Shown here one piece after another: positions 34,760-46,225 of a DNA stretch of 64,000 nucleotides (within the stretch, counting starts at the first letter, position 1; every line of letters starts with the position of its first letter). The notes under the pieces were generated by a model. It made no database searches, had not been told where the DNA came from, and worked only from the letters and a program-made list of their open reading frames with translations. The DNA lies in assembly GCA_023245935.1 (NCBI GenBank), contig JAHFJM010000002.1, forward strand, positions 33,135 to 97,134, given 5' to 3'. This DNA is from Candidatus Peribacteria bacterium. Its GTDB lineage: Bacteria > Patescibacteriota > Gracilibacteria > Peribacterales > Peribacteraceae. The position numbers and the translations under genes were made by a program.

Positions 34760-36325
34760 ATGCAAATTCTGCTCTTCGTCGGCGTCGCAGTCGCTGCCAT
34801 TGTCCTGATCAAAATCTGGACGGGAGCGATGAATGCGAAAATCCTCAAAGAGGAAACATCCGACTCAGTGGAAAAGCGGCATTCCTCTCTGCCGAAGACC
34901 GGAGCGATTCTGATCTCGATTGTCGTTGCAGGCGTTCTTTTTTTCCTCTCCCTCAAGTACGGAAAGAACACATCGCTTGCATCGCTTCGGGGTAGTAGTG
35001 CTCTCTATCGAACGGTCTTCGTCTTCATCGCAATCTGTGCCTTCGGACTCTTCGACAGAAAGCGGTGGCACGGAGACAGGGATCGGTACCAGTACTTCTT
35101 CGCGTTCGTCCTCGGCACCATCGTCACGTGGATCCTGATCGGTTTCAAGCGCGCGTTCTTCGAAACGGGCATTCAGCAGGATCCGTTCCTCATGGCGCTC
35201 GGCATGATCTGCGTCGTCATCGGCTGGAGATTTCTCTTCGGACCGTGGAAGGCATCCATCAAAGCCACGGTACTCGGCACATTCCTCTTCTGGGTCAGCT
35301 ACGCGATCCTCCGTTTCAAAACGCACGAAGAACTCGTTGCAACGGGGCTTGCGGCCGCCGTTGCCATTGTCCCCGTTGCGATCTGGTGCAGACTGTTCCT
35401 CAATTACCATCGTGAGCGGCTGAGTGTCGTGATTCTGGCATTCTTCGCGGGCATGCTCTCGACCGTACCGATCCTCTTCTACAACGAACTGACGGTGCGC
35501 GGGATCCAGCTGAATTTCTTCCTCTTCAAGATCGTTCCGGTCAACTTCGGCACTTCGTCGACGGAATTCGTCTCGCAGAGCATCTTCAAATCATCGATCG
35601 GAACGCAGTCGATCGTCCTCACGACACTCGTCACCTACCTCGCCGTCGGCGCCATCGAAGAAATCAGCAAGGCATGGGTGCTTCGGCACTCGAGCAAAGA
35701 ATTCTTCCGCTCGATCGACGATGCACTCCAGCTCGCCATCATCGTTGCCATCGGCTTCGCGTTCGCGGAGAACCTGATGAACCCTTCGTACTTCGTCGGA
35801 TTCGTGCAGAACTACCTTCTCACGCCGCAGAGTCCGCAGTGGGGCGCCTTCATCAGCAGCGTCATCGGACGAGCAATCCTCACGAACATGGTGCACATCG
35901 TCTCGACCGGAGTCGCCGGCTACTTCTTCGGCATGGCGCTGTTCGCCTCCCCTCTGATTCGCGATCAATTCTCCCGCGGCAAAGCGCACCCCGTCATCCG
36001 CATCGTGCATCAGATGCTCTCGATTCGGTCCGAGGCAATCTATGCGAGAACGCAAATGATGCTCGGCATTCTCTCCGCAATCCTGCTCCACGGGCTCTTC
36101 GACTTCACGGTGAGTCTCTCGGATGTGCTCCCCGGTCACCCCGCAACCCTCGGTGCGCTTCTCGGGAAAGGTCCGGAGTCATTCCTGAGCAATATTTCGA
36201 TCGTGCTGATCCCGTCGGTGCTCTACGTCGTGGGCGGATTCTGGCTGCTCGTCACACTGTTCGAACGGAAGGAAGATATGAAGGAATTTGGAGCCGTCGT
36301 CGAGTCGCAAACATTTGTCTCGTAG
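34760..36325 (+). CDS. prsW: PrsW-family intramembrane protease with an extended N-terminal membrane domain
   Basis: AVGAIEEISKAW (EExxK), GFAFAENLMN (FAxxEN), TNMVHIVSTG and LLHGLFDF motifs in the C-terminal half. About 10 TM segments in total. Confidence 0.65.
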   Translation: MQILLFVGVAVAAIVLIKIWTGAMNAKILKEETSDSVEKRHSSLPKTGAILISIVVAGVLFFLSLKYGKNTSLASLRGSSALYRTVFVFIAICAFGLFDRKRWHGDRDRYQYFFAFVLGTIVTWILIGFKRAFFETGIQQDPFLMALGMICVVIGWRFLFGPWKASIKATVLGTFLFWVSYAILRFKTHEELVATGLAAAVAIVPVAIWCRLFLNYHRERLSVVILAFFAGMLSTVPILFYNELTVRGIQLNFFLFKIVPVNFGTSSTEFVSQSIFKSSIGTQSIVLTTLVTYLAVGAIEEISKAWVLRHSSKEFFRSIDDALQLAIIVAIGFAFAENLMNPSYFVGFVQNYLLTPQSPQWGAFISSVIGRAILTNMVHIVSTGVAGYFFGMALFASPLIRDQFSRGKAHPVIRIVHQMLSIRSEAIYARTQMMLGILSAILLHGLFDFTVSLSDVLPGHPATLGALLGKGPESFLSNISIVLIPSVLYVVGGFWLLVTLFERKEDMKEFGAVVESQTFVS

Positions 36326-36370
36326 AGGGTCGCAAGAGTACGATGCATTCCACATTCCCCCGTACGATCC

Positions 36371-37981
36371 ATGTTCACCCGCACGCGTCTCTTGAGCTGC
36401 ATCGCTGCCTGCTCGCTCCTGATCCCCTCTCTTCTTTCTGCACGATCGATCGGCGACATCGTCAATCCTTCGACACCGACGGTCTCGAGAGCGGATTTTC
36501 TCTCGTGGTCTTTCGAATCTCTCAGCCTGGACAAGAGCGATAGCGATTGCACGCTTCCGTTTGCGCGGTATCCGCGAGGGCTGAAAGCAACTCTCTGCGC
36601 CGCACAGAGCCAAAGCGCACTGTCATTTTTCGTCTCGGGAAAACAGTACACGCTTGGAAAAGCAATCACGAGGGGAGAAGCACTGGAGGTTCTCACCGCA
36701 CTGCTGAATGCGCAGGAAAATGTCGACGTCTCGGCATTTAAAGACGTGAGAACGGATCTCGAGAAACATGCGGTGATGAACGCCGTTGCATTCAAATGGA
36801 TGACGCCCGCGCGCTCCAACCTCTTCGGGATTGCACATCCGCTCACCGGCGCCGAAGCGCTGACACTGCTACAAGCAGCTTCGGGGGGCAGCAAGACGGA
36901 ATCAACTCCGGTCATCACGATCAATCTCTCCTCCGGATCGAACCAGGGTTCCCTTCCGAGACAGGATCTCCTCGATGCCGTGTGGCAACTCATCAACCGC
37001 GACTACCTCCGCAGAGACAAAATCGACGGCACCGAATCGAGCTACAAAGCGATCGAAGCACTCGTCAATTCGCTCAATGATCCGTACACCAACTTCTTCC
37101 GTCCCGCGAGCGCGAGCGACTTCCAATCGCAGATCAAAGGCGAACTGAGCGGGATCGGCGCGAACATCGAGGACGTCAGCGGCGTGATCACCGTTGTCTC
37201 TCCCCTCCCCGGATCTCCTGCGGAGAAAGCCGGTCTGCAAGCGAAGGACCAGATCATCGAAGCCAACGGCACGGCACTCACCGGTCTTGGCATCGACAGA
37301 GCGGTGACCTTCATCCGCGGTGAGATCGGAAGCTCCGTGACGCTGAAAATCCGAAGGAACAACGTCGAGATCAGTGTCACCATTGTCAGGAATCTCATTT
37401 CGATCCCCGAAATTCAGGTGAAGTGGCAGGGAGACATCGCCGTCGTGCAACTCGCACAGTTCGGCGAAACAACCGAGAAACAAATCCGTTCCGTCTTCTC
37501 TACGATCGCGAAGCAGAACCCGCACGGAATTATCCTTGATCTTCGCAACAATGGCGGCGGACTGCTGACTGCAGCGGATACGGTCGTCAGTAATTTCATG
37601 CCGAAAGGAACGGTTGTTGCCAAAGTGCAGAGTAAGACCGAGACGACGCAGGAGACAACGCAGGACGAACCGACGATCGGTGACAACATCAAGCTTGTCG
37701 TCCTCGTGAACAAAGGCTCCGCAAGCGCTTCCGAAATCGTCGCAGGAGCGCTTCAAGATCATAAGCGTGCCACCATCGTCGGCACCCAGAGCTTCGGCAA
37801 GGGCACCGTGCAGGAAGTGATCGGCTTCCGGAGCGGCGAAGCGCTGAAGATCACGATTGCGGAATGGCTGACTCCTCTCGGTCGCAAACTGGATGGGCTG
37901 GGCGTGAAGCCGGATATCATCGCAGAGAAAACCGGTGACCGTGATGATCAGATGCAGCGGGCACTCGAGATACTGCGATAA
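36371..37981 (+). CDS. S41 family C-terminal processing (tail-specific) peptidase with N-terminal SLH-like repeats
   Basis: PDZ region GIGANIEDVSGVITVVSPLPGSPAEKAGLQAKDQIIEANG. ILDLRNNGGGLL. Catalytic LVNKGSASASEIVAGALQDHKRATIVGTQSFGKGTVQ. Confidence 0.9.
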   Translation: MFTRTRLLSCIAACSLLIPSLLSARSIGDIVNPSTPTVSRADFLSWSFESLSLDKSDSDCTLPFARYPRGLKATLCAAQSQSALSFFVSGKQYTLGKAITRGEALEVLTALLNAQENVDVSAFKDVRTDLEKHAVMNAVAFKWMTPARSNLFGIAHPLTGAEALTLLQAASGGSKTESTPVITINLSSGSNQGSLPRQDLLDAVWQLINRDYLRRDKIDGTESSYKAIEALVNSLNDPYTNFFRPASASDFQSQIKGELSGIGANIEDVSGVITVVSPLPGSPAEKAGLQAKDQIIEANGTALTGLGIDRAVTFIRGEIGSSVTLKIRRNNVEISVTIVRNLISIPEIQVKWQGDIAVVQLAQFGETTEKQIRSVFSTIAKQNPHGIILDLRNNGGGLLTAADTVVSNFMPKGTVVAKVQSKTETTQETTQDEPTIGDNIKLVVLVNKGSASASEIVAGALQDHKRATIVGTQSFGKGTVQEVIGFRSGEALKITIAEWLTPLGRKLDGLGVKPDIIAEKTGDRDDQMQRALEILR

Positions 37982-37984
37982 AAT

Positions 37985-38569
37985 ATGTCTCGCCTCATCC
38001 TCGCCTCAAGCAGCCCGCAACGTAAAACCTTGCTCTCCGGACTCGAACTTCGGTTCGAGGTGATCCCAAGTACGGTCGACGAAGACGCACATCCGGAGCT
38101 TGATCCGGCGCTGCGTGCAGTCACGCTCGCAAAACTGAAAGCTCTCGATGTCTCTGCCAACCATCGAGGGGCAACGATCATCGGCTGCGATACGCTCGTC
38201 GTCGCATCGGACGGAACACTGCTTGAGAAACCGAAGAATGAAGAAGATGCACGAAGAATGCTGATGCTGCAGAGCGGCAACACATCGCTCGTCCATTCCG
38301 CAGTGTGCATTGTCGATTCGTCCGGAAAAACGCATGAAGGACTTTCGACCTCAAGCGTGACATTCAAGAAACTGAAGAACAAAGAAACCGATTGGTGGAT
38401 CAAGACGAAACTCTGGCACGGACGCTCCGGCGGCTTTCAGATCGACGGGCTTGGGCAACTCATGATCGCATCGATCACGGGAGACTGGACGGGGATTGTC
38501 GGACTGCCGGTGTTTCTGCTTGGGAAATTAATGAGAGAAGCAGGGATTACTTTTCCAGATGGTCTTTGA
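37985..38569 (+). CDS. maf: Maf-like nucleoside triphosphate pyrophosphatase
   Basis: LILASSSPQRKTLLSGLELRFEVIPSTVDE...GCDTLV...GGFQIDGLG. Confidence 0.9.
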   Translation: MSRLILASSSPQRKTLLSGLELRFEVIPSTVDEDAHPELDPALRAVTLAKLKALDVSANHRGATIIGCDTLVVASDGTLLEKPKNEEDARRMLMLQSGNTSLVHSAVCIVDSSGKTHEGLSTSSVTFKKLKNKETDWWIKTKLWHGRSGGFQIDGLGQLMIASITGDWTGIVGLPVFLLGKLMREAGITFPDGL

Positions 38570-39506
38570 GACGGTGAACGTGCGGCATAAGAAATTTTTG
38601 TACGATCGGAAGGATCCAATCGTGATAGAGCTCCGCAATCACCGTCGGATGCTGTGTGCCTGCGACATACATCGCAGGGCATCCATGAAATTGAGAATCA
38701 CTGCCTTTCAATGCACAGTCTCCGATTTGCTCTGCTGCATGATCGGAAAGTTCCATATGCGAATTTGGAGGAGTTCCGCTGATCACAAATAATCCAGGTG
38801 ATTTTCTAAGACCGGTAGAGAGCATGTGTCCATCGCCGACACAGTTCACATAGTTCTGCAAAATATTGATGTGGCGGTTTGCCAACGAGTAAATCATTGG
38901 GAGGGAATTCTCGGCGATTTCAAAATACTGCGAAGGCTTGATACGCGCTCCGAATTGATCTCGAAATGTTCCCGGAACTGCAGCGATCATTCGAAGTGGT
39001 TCAGTACAAGCTGACTGTAAACCGCTTCCAATATGCGAGAATATATCATCATAACCACTGACACTTTTCGTAACTGTCAGTGAGATTTGAAGATTATCGA
39101 AATCCGATACTTGCTCTGCGGACCCTTGTCCATTCCTTCTGTCCACATACCACGGTTGCAAGATTGCACCGAGCGTTCTCTTCATTTGTTTTCCAAGAAA
39201 ATTTGTCCCCTGAACGACAGTGTCACATAAAGCTATTTCATTATTGATACGCTCATCATCCATACACACTCGTCCGTGCTCGGGAACGGCAGACGCACGT
39301 TGAATATGTTCGGAAATTTTCGTCCACACATCTGCAATAATTTTCTTCGTAGAATCAGGAACGGAACCGTGACGAATACGATCAAATCCCTGCAATGAGT
39401 CAGCTCCGGTAGCTATGCGTTTCAAATGCTTCTTTTCTTCGACACTCCGTAAAAGACTGCTTGTTTTCGGATACTCTGAACCGCCTGCTGTAGGAGGAGA
39501 CTCCAT
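38547..39506 (-). CDS. hypothetical protein (319 aa), no recognisable domain
   Basis: A clean 319-aa ORF with no competing frame. Visibly AT-richer than its neighbours. Convergently overlaps maf by 23 nt. Confidence 0.55.
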   Translation of the reverse strand: MESPPTAGGSEYPKTSSLLRSVEEKKHLKRIATGADSLQGFDRIRHGSVPDSTKKIIADVWTKISEHIQRASAVPEHGRVCMDDERINNEIALCDTVVQGTNFLGKQMKRTLGAILQPWYVDRRNGQGSAEQVSDFDNLQISLTVTKSVSGYDDIFSHIGSGLQSACTEPLRMIAAVPGTFRDQFGARIKPSQYFEIAENSLPMIYSLANRHINILQNYVNCVGDGHMLSTGLRKSPGLFVISGTPPNSHMELSDHAAEQIGDCALKGSDSQFHGCPAMYVAGTQHPTVIAELYHDWILPIVQKFLMPHVHRLKDHLEK

Positions 39507-39565
39507 ATTAATATATTACACTATAAAACAAAAACGTCAATTATCGCGATTCAGCCGATTCAGTC

Positions 39566-39781
39566 CTATCTATTCGAATAGAACTTATTCTTCCTGTTCT
39601 CCGCTCTGTATCCCTCGCGCTTGAGTGCGCGGATACGCTGGAGACGCTTCGTGCGCTTCTTCTTGTACGTTCTGCGTTCACGAAGCACCTTCACCAAACG
39701 CGTCTTCTGCGCCTGCTGCTTGAACCGCGTCTGCAGACGGTCGTTACTCTCATCGCCTTTCTTGATTGCGTAAATCGCCAT
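39566..39781 (-). CDS. rpsU: 30S ribosomal protein S21
   Basis: IKKGDESNDRLQTRFKQQAQKTRLVKVLRERRTYKKKRTKR follows the bS21 pattern (..ES.D.AL.RFKR....G.L.E.R.R..Y.K....R). Confidence 0.7.
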   Translation of the reverse strand: MAIYAIKKGDESNDRLQTRFKQQAQKTRLVKVLRERRTYKKKRTKRLQRIRALKREGYRAENRKNKFYSNR

Positions 39782-39921
39782 GAAAATAGAATGGGGAACT
39801 GGGACAGGGTAAGCGAAGATCGATCAGTGCGCAAGATCTTCCGGAGCGGGAAAATCAATAGGAAATACGAAAGCCATTTGCTAGCATCAGAAACAATTAC
39901 TTATTCTTCCCTCCCATCGTT

Positions 39922-41154
39922 ATGAAACGCATCGCACTCTTCTTCGGTACCGGTAGCATCTTCGTTCTTCTCGCACTCAGTCTTTCGATCTCGATCGAAG
40001 GTGTGAATGCTCAGCAGGATACCTGCGGCAACGGTATCAAGGAAGGCAATGAGCAGTGTGACGATGGAAATCAGGTGAATACCGACAAGTGCTCGAATGC
40101 ATGCAGACTTGCGTATTGCGGCGACGGATTTGCGCAGGGAAATGAGCAATGCGATGACGGGAATCTCATCGAAACCGATGGTTGCAACAACTACTGCGTC
40201 AAGGCGAGGTGTGGAGACGGTCGACTTCGAAAGGATAGCGAGCAATGTGATGATGGCAACGAAAAGAGCGGAGACGGCTGCACTGCTTGGTGTGCCCTCG
40301 AAAAAGGCTTCGGATGCAGCGGTGAGAAACCAACCGTTTGCAAGAAATCATGCGGGAACGGACAGAAAGAATCTGGAGAACAGTGTGACGATGGCAACGC
40401 AATGAGCGGAGACGGCTGCAATTCCCAATGCTACCGTGAGAAAGGCTTCGATTGTACAAGTGCGAACCCGGCAGTTTGTATCAAATCCTGCGGGAACGGA
40501 AAAGTGGATCCTGGAGAAGAATGTGACGATGGAAACGTAAAGAGCGGTGACGGCTGCGCGGCTCAGTGCACTCTGGAGAGAGGCTTCGAGTGCAGTACCG
40601 CAAGCCTAACTGTTTGTACCAGATCCTGCGGGAACGGAACAGTTGGAACGGGAGAACAGTGTGATGATGGAAACTTCAAGAGCGGAGACGGCTGCAATGC
40701 GTTTTGCTTCCTTGAAAGAGGTTTCGATTGCAGCAGCGGTGTGAACCCGACTGTGTGCAAGAATTCCTGCGGGAACGGAAAAGTAGATGTTGGCGAGCAG
40801 TGTGATGACGGCAACACAAATAAGGGTGACGGCTGCTCTGCTCAGTGCACTCTGGAAAAAAACTTCGACTGCACGGATGCGAACCCGACTGTGTGCAAGA
40901 GTTCCTGTGGGAACGGAACCATGGATAATGATGAACAATGTGACGATGGAAACGCTGTGAATGGCGATGGCTGCAACTCCAAATGCGCTCGCGAGAAAGG
41001 CTTCGAATGCAGCGGTGTCCATCCGACTGTGTGCAAGACGTTATGCGGAAATGGAAAGGTGGACACGGGCGAGCAGTGTGATGACGGGAATCAGGTGAAT
41101 ACTGATCTGTGCAACAATCTTTGCAAGACTACCGTTCCGCCTCCAAGTAACTAA
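39922..41154 (+). CDS. secreted protein made of about 10 Myxococcus-type cysteine-rich repeats (DUF4215-like)
   Basis: A signal peptide is followed by repeated CGNG..(E/D)..EQCDDGN...GDGC...C units with a period of about 40 aa (about 120 nt). Confidence 0.8.
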   Translation: MKRIALFFGTGSIFVLLALSLSISIEGVNAQQDTCGNGIKEGNEQCDDGNQVNTDKCSNACRLAYCGDGFAQGNEQCDDGNLIETDGCNNYCVKARCGDGRLRKDSEQCDDGNEKSGDGCTAWCALEKGFGCSGEKPTVCKKSCGNGQKESGEQCDDGNAMSGDGCNSQCYREKGFDCTSANPAVCIKSCGNGKVDPGEECDDGNVKSGDGCAAQCTLERGFECSTASLTVCTRSCGNGTVGTGEQCDDGNFKSGDGCNAFCFLERGFDCSSGVNPTVCKNSCGNGKVDVGEQCDDGNTNKGDGCSAQCTLEKNFDCTDANPTVCKSSCGNGTMDNDEQCDDGNAVNGDGCNSKCAREKGFECSGVHPTVCKTLCGNGKVDTGEQCDDGNQVNTDLCNNLCKTTVPPPSN

Positions 41155-42192
41155 TCACGCTCTCACCCGTTCTCCAACGAGCAGAACCTCCTCATCGACC
41201 ATTCCTTCTTTCCGAAATCTTCCCCACGTCTTCTCTCCGCCCTCAACGAGGATGGAGAGAAGACCGTGGAAAGAACCTTCGGGTGTTGTGAGCAGCCTCC
41301 AGAGAACTTGCCGATCGAATATTCCCTCCAACATCGGACACTCCATCGTCCGTACTCCTCTGCTCTCCAGAGCTGATTTCTTTTCCGGATCGGCATCGGG
41401 TGTGCACACCACAATCGTTCGCGCTACATGCTCGTCACTCACGACAGTCGCAGTGAGAGCAATCTGAAGCCTTGAATCGAGAATAATCCGGTAAGGCTGA
41501 TTGGAAATTGGAAATTGGAAATTGGAAATCGATCTCACGGTCAGCCTCGGATCGTCGGTGAGAATAGTCCCGACTCCTACAAGAATCGCATCATGTCGCG
41601 CACGCAGATATTCGTGTGACCACTCGTCTTGCTCCGCATTCGTGATCTTCAAAGGAGAACCATCCGGCTTTGCAAAACGCCCATCAATCGTCCGTGCAAT
41701 TTTCAGCGTGATCCACGGACGATGATTTTTCTGGAGTGAGGTGAAACCGCGATTGAGTCTCAGGCATTCATCCTCGAGAACCGGACCGATCACTTCGATG
41801 CCTGCTTTTTTAAGAGCCTCAATCCCCTTTCCTGACACCGAAGAATTTGGATCTTTCATTCCGAAGACAACATGCTTCACACCGGATTCGATAATCAAAT
41901 CCGTGCATGGCGGTGTCTTTTTTTGCGTATGGCAGCAAGGCTCAAGAGAAACGTAGAGCATATCAGTTGTACTAATTTCGCGAAGCGCCCCGAACCGTGC
42001 GCTTCGAGCGCTCTGGTTCGTGGGTTCAAGAAGATCTCGCTCTGCATGATCTTTACCGAACTCGGAATGGAATCCTTCTGCAATGATCTTTCCATCACGA
42101 ACAAGCACGGCACCCACCATGGGATTAATGCCTGTCTTTCCCCTGCCGAGCTTCGCAAGTTCGAGACAGCGACGCATGAACTGTTCGTGCAT
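41155..42192 (-). CDS. ribD: bifunctional riboflavin biosynthesis deaminase/reductase RibD
   Basis: Deaminase HAERDLL...YVSLEPCCHTQKKTPPCTDLII. Reductase half ITLKIARTIDGRFA...LVGVGTILTDDPRLTVR...LVEGG. Start set to MHEQFMRRC. Confidence 0.9.
   Translation of the reverse strand: MHEQFMRRCLELAKLGRGKTGINPMVGAVLVRDGKIIAEGFHSEFGKDHAERDLLEPTNQSARSARFGALREISTTDMLYVSLEPCCHTQKKTPPCTDLIIESGVKHVVFGMKDPNSSVSGKGIEALKKAGIEVIGPVLEDECLRLNRGFTSLQKNHRPWITLKIARTIDGRFAKPDGSPLKITNAEQDEWSHEYLRARHDAILVGVGTILTDDPRLTVRSISNFQFPISNQPYRIILDSRLQIALTATVVSDEHVARTIVVCTPDADPEKKSALESRGVRTMECPMLEGIFDRQVLWRLLTTPEGSFHGLLSILVEGGEKTWGRFRKEGMVDEEVLLVGERVRA
41500..41529. repeat. heptanucleotide tandem repeat (ATTGGAA) x4.3 inside ribD
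   Basis: The sequence reads attggaaattggaaattggaaattggaaat. It encodes the linker ISNFQFPISNQ on the minus strand. Confidence 0.9.
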
Positions 42193-42214
42193 GATCTGAT
42201 TATGACACAAAAAA

Positions 42215-42607
42215 CTACTGATTCTTGTTCTTGTCGAGATACTTCTGCAACACCGATGCTGGTCGCTCCCCACGAGTCGGGGCAGACGAAACCATTCGAT
42301 GATGCCGATGAGCGTTCAGTACTTTGCGATACCCGCCTTCGCCGTTTTCCAGAAAACTCGCGACACGGGTAACGGTCGTCGTACTCGCCCCCGTACGCAG
42401 CGCGATCTCACGGTACGTAATGCCTTGCGCGAGAAGCTTTGCCACCTCAAATCGTTCGCTCAGTGCCTGCAGCTCGGAGAGCGTTGCGGCGTCCCGCATA
42501 AAGGCAGCCATATCCTCCTCGGTCTTGCACTGGACCAGTGCAGAGCACAGAGCCTTGAACCAAGGTTCACGCTTGAAGCTGTCTTCGGTGAAGCGTCGTT
42601 TTGCCAT
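42215..42607 (-). CDS. TrpR-related YerC/YecD-family DNA-binding protein
   Basis: FMRDAATLSELQALSERFEVAKLLAQGITYREIALRTGASTTTVTRVASFLENG matches the TrpR/YerC helix-turn-helix core. Confidence 0.7.
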   Translation of the reverse strand: MAKRRFTEDSFKREPWFKALCSALVQCKTEEDMAAFMRDAATLSELQALSERFEVAKLLAQGITYREIALRTGASTTTVTRVASFLENGEGGYRKVLNAHRHHRMVSSAPTRGERPASVLQKYLDKNKNQ

Positions 42608-42623
42608 GGATACAGTAGGGAAA

Positions 42624-42854
42624 CTAGAGTGAAGATTGAACGTCTTTCAGAGCATTCATCGTCCACATGGCATCATCACCACCGTCTCTTCCGGGCCAAT
42701 CCAACCTCGGCTGAATTTCGCCTCTGACTGTTCCTATGATGCGATTGATATCGGGATTCTTGCCTGCCTGCTCTATCTCTGTATTCACTCTCTGGGCAAT
42801 TGCACTCGATTCCAATGCCAATGCATCCATGCTCTGCGTAAAGTTTTTTGCCAT
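42624..42854 (-). CDS. hypothetical protein (76 aa)
   Basis: An ORF in the same strand run between fusA and the YerC-like gene. No homology recognised. Confidence 0.35.
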   Translation of the reverse strand: MAKNFTQSMDALALESSAIAQRVNTEIEQAGKNPDINRIIGTVRGEIQPRLDWPGRDGGDDAMWTMNALKDVQSSL

Positions 42855-42981
42855 ACAAATTGGGGAAGAATTTCAGGAACAGGTGCACTATACACACTCG
42901 GCGAAAGTATGTCAATGTATTATCTCGTTGGAACGTTTTATGCAAAAGAAATGGCTTACAGAAGGCAAAAAAATCAAATAA

Positions 42982-45078
<2,097 letters not shown>

Positions 45079-45270
45079 AAAAGAAGATTGCTAATGATGA
45101 AAGCCGAGGCAGTATAGGGAAAGAATGAAGCGATGAAAATAGCAAACAGTGCTGTTTCACCTCATCGGTTGGTTCGCACAAAACAGCATGACTGCTGCAG
45201 AAAATCTTGCGATGAAAAAGAGAATTTTCCGCAAACGTAAAACGAAAAGTCACTGCAGAAGGGATGGAAC

Positions 45271-45298
45271 TTGCAAAACTGCACGGGTGACATACAGT
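45271..45298 (+). promoter_or_regulatory. promoter-like TTGCAA-N16-TACAGT; the ATG lies 7 nt after the -10 (leaderless-type)
   Basis: The sequence reads acTTGCAAaactgcacgggtgacaTACAGTttcgtggATG. Confidence 0.45.
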
Positions 45299-45305
45299 TT
45301 CGTGG

Positions 45306-46208
45306 ATGAGTGAACAGACGGAACCGACGGCAGGTTCATGGCAACGGCTTCGAAAGCCAAGTAACCTCGTGGAAGGAAGACAGGACACGCTCCCCGCCTC
45401 ACTGCAACATGTGCATGCGGAAGTGGTGGAAATGCTCCGCCGCCAACTTCATAGTGTCATCGACGGGTCGACGAAGATCGGTGAATGGACTGCAACGCAA
45501 GCGCAGCGGGAATTTCTCACGGACTGGGCGCAGCACTGCATCCAGTACAATGTGAACTGCAGTCGAACGCTTGCGGCAGGAGCGCTGCACGTTTTCAGGC
45601 AGATGCAGTCGCTCGTGCAGCACGAAACTTCCGTCGCCGGAGACGAAGATGAAGTGCAGAGAACAGGAAATGGCACGATCCTCAAAAAAACGGTTACCGC
45701 GCTCGAGAAAACGGAGGCAATTCGGGAAGCTGCCAATCGTATCGACGCGTTCGTGAAAGCATCCACCGAAAAACAGAGGGCAGCGGAAGCAGAGCTTGCA
45801 GCCGAGACAGAACCGCTGCCGGATGCTCTCGAGAGAAAGGAGGAAACTGTCATCGATCAGCTCAACATTGCGATGCGCATGGACAACTACGAGAGCGCGG
45901 TCCGCATCGGACGAACCGTGCTGGACGATATGAATGCCGACGTCAAAACAATCATCGCTGCAGCGGTTGCGTTTCAGGGTCGTGGAACCAAAGTAAAAGA
46001 GAATAGCGTCCGTACCCAGCTGTCGGATTTCGAGCGCGCAAAAACGCTCTACGAACGGGCGCTTTCAATGCTTGATGTCACACAATACCGAAGTACGACC
46101 GAGAAACTCCACAAGGGTCTCGATAAAGTCGGACCCGAGATTGCACGCCTGAAAATCGCTGTCAAGAAACTTGATGCAGATCTCAAGGAAAAGCGTGAGG
46201 GAAGGTGA
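45306..46208 (+). CDS. hypothetical helical / coiled-coil protein (300 aa) inserted between rpsG and fusA on the opposite strand
   Basis: A 300-aa ORF with protein-like composition (EAELAAETE..., TPR-like YERALSMLD) and its own promoter-like signal. No homology recognised. Confidence 0.55.
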   Translation: MSEQTEPTAGSWQRLRKPSNLVEGRQDTLPASLQHVHAEVVEMLRRQLHSVIDGSTKIGEWTATQAQREFLTDWAQHCIQYNVNCSRTLAAGALHVFRQMQSLVQHETSVAGDEDEVQRTGNGTILKKTVTALEKTEAIREAANRIDAFVKASTEKQRAAEAELAAETEPLPDALERKEETVIDQLNIAMRMDNYESAVRIGRTVLDDMNADVKTIIAAAVAFQGRGTKVKENSVRTQLSDFERAKTLYERALSMLDVTQYRSTTEKLHKGLDKVGPEIARLKIAVKKLDADLKEKREGR

Positions 46209-46225
46209 GAGAAAATGCGAGGTCT

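Noticed and set aside
39922-41154. Regular repeats of about 120 nt that could superficially suggest a repeat array or CRISPR.
   Set aside because: The repeats are in-frame units of a Cys-rich repeat protein with a signal peptide. There are no short conserved direct repeats with unique spacers anywhere in the window.
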